From an uncultured Eggerthellaceae bacterium (lineage in GTDB: Bacteria > Actinomycetota > Coriobacteriia > Coriobacteriales > Eggerthellaceae): 64,000 nt of DNA. The notes beneath the pieces are model-generated. The model had not been told where the DNA came from. It ran no database searches and saw only the letters and a list, made by a program, of their open reading frames with translations. Location: positions 102 to 64,101 of the forward strand of contig CANRPV010000001.1 in NCBI GenBank assembly GCA_947632575.1. The letters are read 5' to 3'. This document shows positions 1-9,666 of the stretch, in pieces (positions within the stretch are counted from its first letter, which is position 1; each line of letters begins with the position of its first letter). The position numbers were made by a program, and so were the translations under genes.

Positions 1-206
1 ACTTCTCCCCAGACAGAGAAGCATCATACTTGACAATCAATTCCAGTGTCAATCACGTTCACGAGCGGAAATGAGTGTTTCTTCACGGTAAGAACCACTT
101 CTCGAATCTGCCGGCATCGGCTAATCTTTGTCAAAAGCCTTTCTCGGATACGAAATGCTCGGTTATGAAACGGCTGAAGATGTCGCTAAGGCAGATGGCT
201 GACTGA

Positions 207-2135
207 ATGAAGGTTTTGGTACAAATATTCTGCGCGATGCTCCTTGCGGCCATGCTTCCTCTGTGCTCCCTCGCCGCTGAGGGCGGGGCGGCATCCGCGG
301 ACTCCTCGAATCAAAACTCCACATCGCAGCAGACGTCTGTGCGGGTAGCGGAGCCGGGATCCGATCAGGCGATACCAAGCCCCGAAGAGGTGAACGAACA
401 ATCGACCGACGGCACCTATGAGGTGGTCGCGGTTGACACCTTGGCTCAAGCTGAAACCGACGGAACTCTTCACGTGATAGAGCAGCGGCAGGTTAAGCTT
501 GACGCACCCACTGAGCGCATCTCTTGGCCGATCGATCTCATCTGGGGTACGACGCGAATTCAGATCAATTCTCTTCGGGCCATGGTTTTGGATGAGAACG
601 GCCAGGCCGAAGGGGAATGGATCACGCTGGCCGATGTGAGCTTCCGCCGAGATTGGCGTGAAGCGGGTGGTCCTAATGGGCAGAGCTTTGCCTACGTGGG
701 TAATAACTCTGGACTCTCGATCTTTTTTAATCAGGACGTTTCGCGCGTGCTCTTCGAATTGGATTACAGCCTTGCCGACGGTGTCCAGATCTACGAGGAC
801 GCCGCGCAGGTCTATTGGCGCTACGTGCCCACCAGAGGAGATCTCGTTTCGAATAACGTGACCACCACGGTGGTGCTGCCCGTTCCGGCGTCGGTGACCA
901 ACGCGGGTGAGTATATATCTGCCTGGGGACATGGCCCTGAGGGCAGCGAGGTCGTCGTTAACCCCGAAGGAAGCATCCTTTACGTGGTTCCCCAGGTGAT
1001 GAAAGGGCAGTACGCCGAGGCGCGTATCGTCTTTCCGAAAGCTTGGATAAGCCATGCCAGCGCTGAATCGGCCCAAGCCCATCATGGCGAGTACATTTTG
1101 GATAGCTCGGTGCGCGAAGAGGCTCAATGGACGGATCGCGATTCGCACCTCCAGTCGATCGCCACCTCGGAGAATCTGATTCTGATCGTGGTCTGCGGCG
1201 TGGTGGTGTTGGGGGCTTTGGTGCTCTTTCTCTGCTTCGGGCGTGAGCATCACCCGGCTTTCACGGACCGGTATAGCACCGAGCTTCCTGATCCAAAGTT
1301 CGATCCGGCGTTGATCGGCCGACTTTGGCGTTGGAATCGGCCTTCACCGGACGATCTGGTGGCAAGCATCGTCGAACTTTCCAATCGCGGGCTCGTGAAG
1401 CTTCAGGTTGCGGAAGGGCAGCCCGGCCAAGAGATGAACGACTACGAGCTGGTAGGCGCCCATCCCCTCTGGAAGCAAACCTGGGGATGCCAAAGACGGA
1501 CTCTGCGTTTTCTGCTGAGCCTGTCTCCGGGCGATCAGTTCCGTCTGCGCTTCGCGGATCTTCGTAAGATGAGCGTGGAAGATCCTCAAAGACTCAGCGA
1601 AGCCTACAAGCTTTGGCAAAAGGGACTGGGGGCTGACGTGGATTCCCGGGGATGGTTCGACCGTCGCAGCTTCACGCTCCAGATGATTGTGGGTACCCTC
1701 TCTGGAATCGCAGCTCTGCTTACGCTTTTGAGTCTGTTCTTCGGCTCGCGCGGCATCCCGACGATCGCCTTGGGCATAACGACGGTGGCCCTTGGCGTGT
1801 TGGCCAACTATATGCCTCGGCGCAGCGTCGAGGGAAACGAACTTATCGCCCATGCCAAAGCCTTGAGAAACTGGCTTCGCGATATCTCGGAGCGAGGAGG
1901 CGCGCCGATATCCGGTGAGGATTATTGGAAGAGCGCGTTGGTCTACGCCTATCTCTTTAACGAGGAGGACAGCGTCGTCTCCTATCTTAACGAGACGAAG
2001 CCCTCGTGGATTCGACCTTTGACCTGGCAGAGGTGGTACCTCAAGACGCAGGGAGCCAATCAGGTCCCGATGCCGCCTGCGGTGGATTTGCTGAGTGCGA
2101 ACTTAGAGGAGGCGCTCGCCCGGCTTGCGCTATGA
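207..2135 (+). CDS. Membrane protein with signal peptide, large extracytoplasmic N-domain and 3 TM segments (DUF2207-like)
   Basis: 642-aa ORF. N-terminal signal peptide (MKVLVQIFCAMLLAAMLPLCSLAAEG), TM at LILIVVCGVVVLGALVLFLCF and a TM pair near the C-terminus. The DUF2207 assignment is from architecture only. Confidence 0.65.
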   Translation: MKVLVQIFCAMLLAAMLPLCSLAAEGGAASADSSNQNSTSQQTSVRVAEPGSDQAIPSPEEVNEQSTDGTYEVVAVDTLAQAETDGTLHVIEQRQVKLDAPTERISWPIDLIWGTTRIQINSLRAMVLDENGQAEGEWITLADVSFRRDWREAGGPNGQSFAYVGNNSGLSIFFNQDVSRVLFELDYSLADGVQIYEDAAQVYWRYVPTRGDLVSNNVTTTVVLPVPASVTNAGEYISAWGHGPEGSEVVVNPEGSILYVVPQVMKGQYAEARIVFPKAWISHASAESAQAHHGEYILDSSVREEAQWTDRDSHLQSIATSENLILIVVCGVVVLGALVLFLCFGREHHPAFTDRYSTELPDPKFDPALIGRLWRWNRPSPDDLVASIVELSNRGLVKLQVAEGQPGQEMNDYELVGAHPLWKQTWGCQRRTLRFLLSLSPGDQFRLRFADLRKMSVEDPQRLSEAYKLWQKGLGADVDSRGWFDRRSFTLQMIVGTLSGIAALLTLLSLFFGSRGIPTIALGITTVALGVLANYMPRRSVEGNELIAHAKALRNWLRDISERGGAPISGEDYWKSALVYAYLFNEEDSVVSYLNETKPSWIRPLTWQRWYLKTQGANQVPMPPAVDLLSANLEEALARLAL

Positions 2136-2144
2136 TAGGAGGAA

Positions 2145-3269
2145 GTGAACGCTTCTTCCAACATAGTCTTCCGTTTTTTCAGTTCAGGCCTATATAAGCT
2201 TATGCTTCTTGGCGCGGCGCTCATCTGGGGTGTGAGCTTCGTGTTCATGAAGGACGCCGTGGAGGTTATGGAACCGGCTACGCTGGTGGGGTTCCGTTTT
2301 CTTTTGACCGCCCTTTTGATGACCGCCGTCTTTTGGAGGCGGATGCGTCAGAATTTCAACAAGGATCACCTTACTAAGGGTGCCCTGATCGGGATATTCT
2401 ATTTTCTGGCCTATCTGACCCAGACCGAGGGTTTGGATTATACGACGCCGGGTATCAACGCTTTTCTCACGGCGACCTACTGCGTCATGGTGCCCTTCCT
2501 CTTTTGGGTGGCCGCGCGCAAAAAGCCCAGCATCTTCAATATAGTGGCGGCTTGCCTCTGTATCGCAGGCGTCGGCTTCGTGTCGCTTACCGGGGAGTCG
2601 CTCAGGCTTGGCTATGGGGAGATCATGACTCTCGTGTGCGCCTTTTTCTTCGGCGTGCATATTGTGCTCGTCGCTCAGTACGCGCTCGGATGTGATGTGC
2701 TGGTGCTCACGGTCTACCAGTTTTGGGTGGCGGGCATTTGCGGTCTCGCCTTAGGTATGGCGACCGAATCGGCTCCGAACTGGGCGGCGATATCTCCCGA
2801 GTTTATTTGGAACATGGCTTTTCTGGTGATCGCCGCCTCGGGAGTGGCCATGGTGTTTCAAAATGTGGGTCTTGCCCATGTGCCGCCGGCTCAGGCATCC
2901 TTGTTGATGTCCTTCGAGTCGGTATTCGGAGTTCTCTTCTCCGTTTTGCTTTATGGGGAACAGCTCAGCGTGCGTTTAGTGGTGGGCTTCGCGCTCATTT
3001 TCACGGCGGTACTCGTGAGCGAGCTGCTGCCGGGAAAACAGGAGAACGCGTCCCGAGAAGGCGCCCTTAAGGGGGTCGAGGAGAGGAGATCCGAGGCGCA
3101 GCTGTCGGCGTCGAGCAACGGGTCAGCGTCGCGCGCAACGACGGTTCCTCCTCAAGTGGCCCAAACGGCGCACGCCGCAGCCGACCTCTTGGGAGGAGAT
3201 TCCATGGCCCTCGGAGAGCTGGAAGAAGAATTACGATGGCAGGAGAAACTTGACGCCCATGAACCCTAA
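2145..3269 (+). CDS. EamA/DMT-superfamily transporter with a low-complexity C-terminal tail
   Basis: GTG start 10 nt after AGGAGGAA. About ten predicted TM helices, N-terminus LLGAALIWGVSFVFMKDAV typical of EamA repeats, and a roughly 80-aa hydrophilic tail. Confidence 0.85.
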   Translation: MNASSNIVFRFFSSGLYKLMLLGAALIWGVSFVFMKDAVEVMEPATLVGFRFLLTALLMTAVFWRRMRQNFNKDHLTKGALIGIFYFLAYLTQTEGLDYTTPGINAFLTATYCVMVPFLFWVAARKKPSIFNIVAACLCIAGVGFVSLTGESLRLGYGEIMTLVCAFFFGVHIVLVAQYALGCDVLVLTVYQFWVAGICGLALGMATESAPNWAAISPEFIWNMAFLVIAASGVAMVFQNVGLAHVPPAQASLLMSFESVFGVLFSVLLYGEQLSVRLVVGFALIFTAVLVSELLPGKQENASREGALKGVEERRSEAQLSASSNGSASRATTVPPQVAQTAHAAADLLGGDSMALGELEEELRWQEKLDAHEP

Positions 3270-3798
3270 GATCGGACAAGAAACGCAAAACGAAAAGACC
3301 AACATCGTTCTGATCGGGATGCCAGGTGCTGGAAAATCGACTCTCGGTCAGGAATTGGCCGCGCGGCTCGGTCTTCCTTTCGTCGACACGGATGATCTTA
3401 TCAGTGAGGCGAGTGGCATCTCGCTTCAGGATCTGATCGACCGCGATGGTGCGACGGCCTTTATGGAGCTGGAGGCTTCATTGGTTTCCGCGCTTAATCT
3501 CGACCGAAGCATCATCGCCACCGGTGGATCGGTGGTCTATTCCGATGAGGCAATGGGTCGTCTCAAAGACAAAGGAACGCTGATCTACCTGCGCATCGGC
3601 TTGGATGAACTCAATAAACGGGCCGAGAATTTCGACTCGCGGGGCATCGTGTTGCGTGGTGGAAGCTCCATGGATCTCGGTGAGCTTATTCGCGAGAGGA
3701 CTCCTCTTTATGAGCGTTATGCCGATCGGATCGTCGATATCGATGGGCTCGACGTATCTCAAGCTGTCGATCTCGTCTTGGCCTCGCTGGAAGGATGA
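3250..3798 (+). CDS. aroK: Shikimate kinase
   Basis: Walker A motif IVLIGMPGAGKSTLG followed by LGLPFVDTDDLI. The size is right for AroK. The start is ambiguous (ATG 3250 or 3259) and overlaps the tail of the upstream gene. Confidence 0.9.
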   Translation: MTPMNPKIGQETQNEKTNIVLIGMPGAGKSTLGQELAARLGLPFVDTDDLISEASGISLQDLIDRDGATAFMELEASLVSALNLDRSIIATGGSVVYSDEAMGRLKDKGTLIYLRIGLDELNKRAENFDSRGIVLRGGSSMDLGELIRERTPLYERYADRIVDIDGLDVSQAVDLVLASLEG

Positions 3799-3845
3799 GC
3801 TGTCTGACGTTGCGCCCATGGTAGAATGAGAGCGCCGTTGGCTGT

Positions 3846-3921
3846 GCCCCCGTAGCTCAGCGGATAGAGCGTCGGTTTCCTAAACCGTGCGTCGGAGGTT
3901 CGAGTCCTCTCGGGGGCGCCA
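3846..3921 (+). tRNA. tRNA-Arg (anticodon CCT), CCA encoded
   Basis: Acceptor stem GCCCCCG/CGGGGGC, D-loop AGCTCAGCGGATAGAGC, anticodon loop TTCCTAA, T-arm GGTTCGAGTCC, 3' GCCA. Confidence 0.9.
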
Positions 3922-4039
3922 CAAAGAAGTCACACGAACCTGTTTCACCAGATGGCAGGTTCGTGTCTTTCTCAACGTGAAGTGCTGCGGTTCCCGCAGG
4001 GATGAAAGCCGTTTGGTAGGGATAGGTCGAGGAACTCTC

Positions 4040-5131
4040 ATGGCTGATATAGCTCTCCGTTTTGATCGCGATATGCTGGTGCTTTCGTCGCCCATTCGAG
4101 GCGCCCTGGATAAGCTCGGTATCGATACCGAGCGGAATTTCGAGTTAACCTTGCTACTCGAGCCCGAGGTCATTGAGGAAGCCTACCAGGTACAGGCGAT
4201 AAGCGGGGCCCAGTGCTTGGTGGCTCCGACGGCAACGCTGTTACAGGCCCGTTTGGCCCGTCAATCCATGGAACAAAGTCTCGAAGCTCTGATCGAAAGC
4301 GCTCTTCACATGGTGCAGGCACAAAGGCCTCAACATCTTTTGGTGGAATTGGGCTCTTGCGGTCTGCCCCTGGATCCTTCCTCACGGTTTTCGCTTCGCG
4401 AGTATTCCGATCAGTACGTACGCGTGGCCCGGCTCTATCGGGAACACGACATCGACGGTTATCTTCTGTCCGGTTTCGAGAGCCTTGAGACGCTGAAATG
4501 CGCGGTGATCGGCTTGCGCAAGGTGAGCTCGCTTCCCATTTTCGCCGAGTTGGATATAGACGATGAGGGCTGTCTTTGGGATGGAAAGATCAGTCTGTCT
4601 GAGGTTTGCGATGATCTGGCTGCGAACGAAGTAAGCGTCATCGGAGTGCGCACCGCTCTTGGGTCCGAGAAAATCGCGGAGCTGCTTGCGGAAATTAAGA
4701 GTTCCTGCGGTCTTCCCCTTTTAGTCGAGCTCTTGGTGAAAGACGTCGATCCTAAAAACCCGCATCCTACCCCGGACAATCCCTACGCCAATGCGGACAC
4801 CATGATCGAAGCCGCCGATCGTCTCAGGGAGGCGGGTGCACAATTTCTCCGGGCAGGAGGCGAGGCGCCTCTCGCCTATACCGGCGCGCTGGTTGCCGCC
4901 TGTTTCGGTCAAAGAGTAACCGGGACTTCAGGCCAAGGGTTTTCAGGTGAGAAGGATGATTCAGAAGAAGAGGAAGACCAGGCGCCTTCTGTCTACGCGT
5001 CCATGGACGAAGCTCAGCTCAGTGAGCTGGGACGTCAGTTGAGAGAGCGGATCGATGCGGCTCTGGCGTTTCGCGGCGCTATGGACAATGAGAGCGATAG
5101 AGCGAAAGGGACGGACGCCAATGAGTCCTAA
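4040..5131 (+). CDS. Homocysteine-S-methyltransferase-domain-like protein (degenerate) with an acidic C-terminal tail
   Basis: ATG 4040 chosen because the longer ORF start (3887) overlaps the tRNA. PEVIEEAYQVQAISGAQCLVAPTATL resembles the Hcy-binding domain core. The usual GGCCG zinc-ligand region appears as AGGEAP. Family call is from memory of motifs only. Confidence 0.5.
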   Translation: MADIALRFDRDMLVLSSPIRGALDKLGIDTERNFELTLLLEPEVIEEAYQVQAISGAQCLVAPTATLLQARLARQSMEQSLEALIESALHMVQAQRPQHLLVELGSCGLPLDPSSRFSLREYSDQYVRVARLYREHDIDGYLLSGFESLETLKCAVIGLRKVSSLPIFAELDIDDEGCLWDGKISLSEVCDDLAANEVSVIGVRTALGSEKIAELLAEIKSSCGLPLLVELLVKDVDPKNPHPTPDNPYANADTMIEAADRLREAGAQFLRAGGEAPLAYTGALVAACFGQRVTGTSGQGFSGEKDDSEEEEDQAPSVYASMDEAQLSELGRQLRERIDAALAFRGAMDNESDRAKGTDANES

Positions 5132-5453
5132 GGCCCATCAAGGATCCAACCGCGAGCCCAGTCCGTGGTATGGCGCCCTACAGGATATGGTGGAGAGCCT
5201 TTACCATGATCTTGAGCAGGAGGCTTATGCTCCCTACGGAGGCGTGCACGTGCCTCTTGATCCCGATGAGGCTCCCACGGTGCGGCGCTTGGATGTGGTC
5301 ATCGCCGCCGAAGCCGCCGATCTCCCCGAGGATCTTCTGGAAATCGTGAATCTGCTTCCACCGGGCGATTACGACCGCGAACGGCTTTGCAACCAATTGA
5401 ACTCCGCTTTGGCCGGACGAGCTCTTGGCCAGGTCTATGGGACCGTCGCGTGA
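5121..5453 (+). CDS. Small hypothetical protein (possibly DUF2795-like)
   Basis: ATG 5121 overlaps the upstream stop by 11 nt, suggesting translational coupling. PEDLLEIVNLLPPGDYDRERL resembles the DUF2795 pattern. Weak call. Confidence 0.5.
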   Translation: MSPKAHQGSNREPSPWYGALQDMVESLYHDLEQEAYAPYGGVHVPLDPDEAPTVRRLDVVIAAEAADLPEDLLEIVNLLPPGDYDRERLCNQLNSALAGRALGQVYGTVA

Positions 5454-5547
5454 TTTTGGCCCTCGCCGTTTAGCTGACGAATCCGCAACAAAGAACTGAA
5501 ATCTCAAAAAATCCGATGCTTACCCTTGCGCGAAAAAAGGGCGGCGA

Positions 5548-5595
5548 GTACTATATATATCCACGGGAGAGAGGGTAATACACAATATATTGTGG
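5548..5595. promoter_or_regulatory. Two NrdR-box-like AT-rich palindromes upstream of nrdD
   Basis: ACACAATATATTGTGG at 5580-5595 closely matches the NrdR box consensus (acaCwAtATaTwGtgt). A weaker copy, GTACTATATATATCCA, lies at 5548-5563. The centres are about 32 bp apart, as is usual for paired NrdR boxes. Confidence 0.6.
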
Positions 5596-5795
5596 ATTAC
5601 CAAGCGTAAAGGCTGTGGAAAGTTTGTTGAATACCGACAAATCTTCCCCCGTTGAAATCGCAAAAGTTCTTTAGTGCGACCAATGGTGAAGCTTTGAGTT
5701 CCCACCTCATTTTGTGCGGCACCGCCGCGTGAAATGAAATGCACTATTAAACGGGTTTAGGTGACGAAGTACAGGAAAGGGCAAAGGTCGCAACT

Positions 5796-8144
5796 ATGGT
5801 TGATACGATTATCAAGCGCGATGGGCGCACCACGACGTTTCACAGTGAGAAGATTGCCGATGCCGTCGAAAAGGCTTTCCAGGCTTGTGCCGCCATGCAG
5901 GATAGGGCTGTAGCCGAAGAAATTGCCGCCACGGTTGTCAAAAAGCTCGACGATGGTGCCATCGAAGGCACGCCTACCGTTGAAGGCGTGCAGGACTTGG
6001 TAGAAGAAACGCTCATCGAGGCCGGATTCGTACAGACCGCCAAGGCCTACATCCTGTACCGCGCCGAGCGCAACCGCGTTCGCGACGTGAATTCCCGCCT
6101 GATCAAGACTCTCAAGGACATCACCTTCTCCAAGGCCTCTGAGTCCGATATGAAGCGCGAAAACGCCAACATCGACGCCGATACCGCCATGGGCACCATG
6201 CTCAAGTACGGCTCTGAGTCGGCGAAGCAATTCTATGAGATGTGCGTCATTGATCCGAAGTTCGCCCGTGCCCATCGCGAAGGCGACATTCATATCCATG
6301 ACATGGACTTCTACACGCTGACCACCACTTGCTGCCAGATCGAGCTTCGGAAGCTCTTCAAGGGCGGCTTCTCCACCGGTCATGGCGTTTTGCGCGAGCC
6401 CAACGATATCGCCAGCTATGCGGCTCTCGCCTGCATCGCCATCCAGTCCAACCAGAACGACCAGCATGGCGGTCAATCGGTGTGTGACTTCGACTATGGT
6501 CTAGCCGACGGCGTGCGCAAGACCTATCGTCGCCTGTTCAAGAAGCATCTGGCTGAGGCCGTCGAGCTGCTCACGGACATTGAGGATGAGCGCGACTTCG
6601 TTGAGAACCTTCTTGCCGAGGTAGAGAAGAAGACCGGCAAAGTGGCCAGCCTTTCGATGGACGAGGACTTCAGCGCCGCGGTCAAAGAGGCTCTGCAGGC
6701 CAATTCCGCGAAGCTTGCGGGTGAGGGCGCCGCTGACAGCAAGATCATCGACGAGGCTAAGGCCGACACGATCATCGCCTACGCAGTCAAGCAGGCTACC
6801 AATGACTCCGACCGCACCACCTTCCAGGCCATGGAGGCGCTCGTTCACAACCTGAACACGATGCACTCCAGGGCCGGCGCTCAAACGCCGTTCAGCTCGG
6901 TGAACTATGGTATGGACACCAGCCCTGAGGGTCGTATGGTCATCAAGAACATGCTTCTTGCCACCGAAGATGGCCTGGGCCATGGGGAAACCCCGATCTT
7001 CCCGGTGCAGATCTTCCGCGTGAAGGAAGGCGTGAACTACAACCCCGAGGATCCGAACTATGATCTGTTCAAGTTGGCGATGCGCTGCTCAGCCAAGCGC
7101 TTGTTCCCGAACTTCAGCTTCCTGGACGCACCGTTTAACGCCCAGTATTACAAGGGCACGCCTGAGACCGAGATCGCCTACATGGGCTGCCGTACTCGCG
7201 TCATGGGCAACGTGTACGACCCAGAGCGTGAAGTGACTCCTGGTCGTGGCAATCTGTCGTTCACTTCCATCAATCTGCCTCGTCTAGCCATCCGCTCCAA
7301 GGGTGATCTGGATCTTTTCTTCGACCTGCTGGACTCCAAGCTGGCATTGGTCACCGGGCAGCTCACCGAGCGCTTTGAGATTCAGGCTCGCAAGAAGGTC
7401 TACAATGCGCCGTTTTTGATGGGCCAGGGAGTTTGGATCGACTCCGAGAACCTCAAGCCGGATGATGAGCAGCGCGAGGTGCTCAAGCACGGCACCCTGA
7501 CCACTGGCTTTATTGGTCTGGCCGAGTGCCTGGTAGCTTTGACCGGCTCCCATCATGGTGAAAGCGCTGAGGCACAGCGTCTTGGCCTGGAGATCATCGG
7601 CCATATGCGTCGTTATTGCGATCGCATCTCTCAAGAGCGCGGCATGAACTACACGCTCATCGCCACCCCGGCCGAGGGTCTGTCAGGACGCTTCGTCCGG
7701 ATGGATCGTGAGCGCTACGGTGTCATTCCCGGAGTGACCGATCGCGATTACTACACCAACGGCTTCCATGTACCGGTCTATTACAACATCTCCGCCTTTG
7801 ACAAGATCGCCATCGAGGCTCCGTATCACGCCCTCACCAACGGCGGCCACATCTCTTACATCGAGCTTGACGGTGACCCGACCGAAAATCTCGAGGCTTT
7901 CGAATCGGTCATGGGCTATGGATCGATCAACCATCCGGTCGACCGGGATCCGGTTTGCGGTTATAACGGCATCATCGACGACGTCTGCCCCAAGTGCGGT
8001 CGTACCGAGGCTGATCATCAGCTGCCCTTCGAGCGCATTCGTCGCATCACCGGTTATCTTGTCGGTACTCTTGATCGCTTCAACGATGCCAAGCGGGCCG
8101 AAGAGCATGACCGCGTAAAGCATGGGGTACCCAATAACCATTAA
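5796..8144 (+). CDS. nrdD: Anaerobic ribonucleoside-triphosphate reductase (class III RNR)
   Basis: 782 aa with an N-terminal ATP-cone (IKRDGRTTTFHSEKI), C-terminal Zn cysteines (CGY..CPKCG) and the glycyl-radical motif RRITGYL. Confidence 0.95.
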   Translation: MVDTIIKRDGRTTTFHSEKIADAVEKAFQACAAMQDRAVAEEIAATVVKKLDDGAIEGTPTVEGVQDLVEETLIEAGFVQTAKAYILYRAERNRVRDVNSRLIKTLKDITFSKASESDMKRENANIDADTAMGTMLKYGSESAKQFYEMCVIDPKFARAHREGDIHIHDMDFYTLTTTCCQIELRKLFKGGFSTGHGVLREPNDIASYAALACIAIQSNQNDQHGGQSVCDFDYGLADGVRKTYRRLFKKHLAEAVELLTDIEDERDFVENLLAEVEKKTGKVASLSMDEDFSAAVKEALQANSAKLAGEGAADSKIIDEAKADTIIAYAVKQATNDSDRTTFQAMEALVHNLNTMHSRAGAQTPFSSVNYGMDTSPEGRMVIKNMLLATEDGLGHGETPIFPVQIFRVKEGVNYNPEDPNYDLFKLAMRCSAKRLFPNFSFLDAPFNAQYYKGTPETEIAYMGCRTRVMGNVYDPEREVTPGRGNLSFTSINLPRLAIRSKGDLDLFFDLLDSKLALVTGQLTERFEIQARKKVYNAPFLMGQGVWIDSENLKPDDEQREVLKHGTLTTGFIGLAECLVALTGSHHGESAEAQRLGLEIIGHMRRYCDRISQERGMNYTLIATPAEGLSGRFVRMDRERYGVIPGVTDRDYYTNGFHVPVYYNISAFDKIAIEAPYHALTNGGHISYIELDGDPTENLEAFESVMGYGSINHPVDRDPVCGYNGIIDDVCPKCGRTEADHQLPFERIRRITGYLVGTLDRFNDAKRAEEHDRVKHGVPNNH

Positions 8145-8161
8145 CGCCATCGGCGTTAATG
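8139..8161 (+). other. Perfect 10-bp stem / 3-nt loop hairpin covering the nrdD stop codon
   Basis: CATTAACGCC-ATC-GGCGTTAATG. The stop TAA (8142-8144) lies inside the left arm. No U-tract follows. Confidence 0.5.
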
Positions 8162-8189
8162 ACACTCGTCGCGGGAGACCCGTCCTGAG

Positions 8190-8741
8190 ATGATGAACCC
8201 GCCGACAGAAATACGACTTTTTGGCACAGCGTCAGACTCGATCGTTGATGGACCGGGTCTGCGCTTTGCCGTCTTCGTCCAAGGATGCAGCCATCACTGC
8301 CCCGGATGCCATAATCTCAAAAGCCAAGATCCTTCGGGTGGCCAGATACGCACACTCGATAGTCTCATGGAGGAGATCAAGGCTAACGGTTTGGTCCATG
8401 ACGTCACCCTCTCGGGAGGAGAGCCCTTTGAACAAGCGGCGGCATGCGCTGAACTAGCGCGGCGCCTTAAAGATGAGGGCTATGGGTTGTGGGCCTACAG
8501 TGGCTATCTGTATGAGGATCTCTGCGAAAAAGCCAAGGAAGAACCAGCCATCGGCCAGCTGCTTGAACTGGCCGATGTCCTAGTAGATGGTCCTTTCATC
8601 GAGGCGCAGAAATCGCTCGGATTGGAATGGAAGGGTTCGGCTAACCAGCGGGTGATAGATCTTGCCGCCACCCGTCAAGCCGGTCATATCGTGCTCTGGA
8701 CCCATCAGGAGGAAGACTTTAATCGGCCCCTCAAGTGGTGA
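8190..8741 (+). CDS. nrdG: Anaerobic RNR activating protein (radical SAM)
   Basis: GPGLRFAVFVQGCSHHCPGCHN cluster motif, and position directly after nrdD. Confidence 0.93.
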   Translation: MMNPPTEIRLFGTASDSIVDGPGLRFAVFVQGCSHHCPGCHNLKSQDPSGGQIRTLDSLMEEIKANGLVHDVTLSGGEPFEQAAACAELARRLKDEGYGLWAYSGYLYEDLCEKAKEEPAIGQLLELADVLVDGPFIEAQKSLGLEWKGSANQRVIDLAATRQAGHIVLWTHQEEDFNRPLKW

Positions 8742-9565
8742 ACTATAATGGCGCCATGGAAGTCTTTTTCAACACCCTCAATGACATCATTCATGCGGAC
8801 TGGTTTCTCGAGGCCGTGGCTGCTGCTATCATCCTCGCTCTCACCGGACTGCTCGCAAAAGTCTGCGTCAAGCTCTTCCATCGCTATGTTTCGCGCAGCC
8901 AGTCGGTGCTGCCTCAAAGCTCCATCTTCGTCAACGTAATTCGGGTAAGCATCTGGTTGGTGGGCATCGGCATAGTGCTCGCCTTCTGCTTTGACGTCAA
9001 TGTCAGTGCGATTATCACCGCTTTGGGCGTCGGTGGTATCGCGGTTTCCTTGGGTTTTCAGGATACGATTTCAAATCTTATCGGCGGTCTTCAGATCAGC
9101 CTTTCGAAAGTGGTGAAACCGGGAGACCATATCAAGATGGGTCCCAACGGGGTAAGCGGTGTTGTAAGGGATGTAACCTGGCGTTATACCACTGTCGATG
9201 ATGCCGCAGGTCAGCGCATCATCATCCCGAACTCAACGATGAACACCACGGCGGTGGTGCATATGGCTCCTTTGACGGCGGTGTCGGTGCCTTTTGTGGC
9301 CACCGTGGAAGGTAATGAGCTCAACGAAACAGCTTCCGCTATTGAAAAGGCGGTGGCTACCGCCGTAAGTTCCGTCAATAAGTTGGTCAAAGATCCGCAG
9401 GTATTTTTCTCCGAGGTCACCGATTTCGGGTTTAAAGGATCGGTAAGTTTCACTATCGAAGACAGCTCTAAACTGGGGGCGGTTAAGGATGCCGCCGTGC
9501 GAGCAATTGCTCCTTACGTGCATGAAGAGAGAACAGAGCTCGTAGCGACTCCCTCAAAAAGTTAA
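8735..9565 (+). CDS. Small-conductance mechanosensitive channel (MscS family)
   Basis: Three N-terminal TM helices and GVGGIAVSLGFQDTISNLIGGLQISLSK...GD motif. The start is ambiguous (GTG 8735 or ATG 8756). Confidence 0.85.
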   Translation: MVNYNGAMEVFFNTLNDIIHADWFLEAVAAAIILALTGLLAKVCVKLFHRYVSRSQSVLPQSSIFVNVIRVSIWLVGIGIVLAFCFDVNVSAIITALGVGGIAVSLGFQDTISNLIGGLQISLSKVVKPGDHIKMGPNGVSGVVRDVTWRYTTVDDAAGQRIIIPNSTMNTTAVVHMAPLTAVSVPFVATVEGNELNETASAIEKAVATAVSSVNKLVKDPQVFFSEVTDFGFKGSVSFTIEDSSKLGAVKDAAVRAIAPYVHEERTELVATPSKS

Positions 9566-9666
9566 GATATTTTACAAACCCTTGAGCAAAATAAAACTCG
9601 TTCTTGATTCTCAATTCCGATCATAGGGATCGACAGTTAAACCTCGATTTATGAAAGGGATTAGGA

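Noticed and set aside
1-206. Possible gene end or start and a TTGACA-like hexamer at the left edge of the window
   Set aside because: All three plus frames hit stops within about 90 nt, and the minus-strand ATG near position 25 cannot be evaluated because the gene would lie outside the window.
186-1253. 355-aa ORF on the minus strand
   Set aside because: It is entirely antisense to the 642-aa signal-peptide protein. It has the Arg/His/Gly/Pro-rich composition typical of antisense frames in GC-rich DNA, and no motif.
3887-4039. N-terminal extension of the 414-aa ORF
   Set aside because: It overlaps the 3' part of tRNA-Arg. The internal ATG 4040 gives a sensible N-terminus.
5596-5795. Riboswitch (for example cobalamin) in the roughly 200-nt nrdD leader
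   Set aside because: I could not find a B12 box or any other riboswitch core. The NrdR boxes are a sufficient explanation. Only a covariance-model scan could settle it.
5757-6983. Minus-strand ORFs of 239 aa and 160 aa
   Set aside because: They are antisense to nrdD, which is unambiguous. They are low-complexity Ala/Gly/Val/Leu translations.
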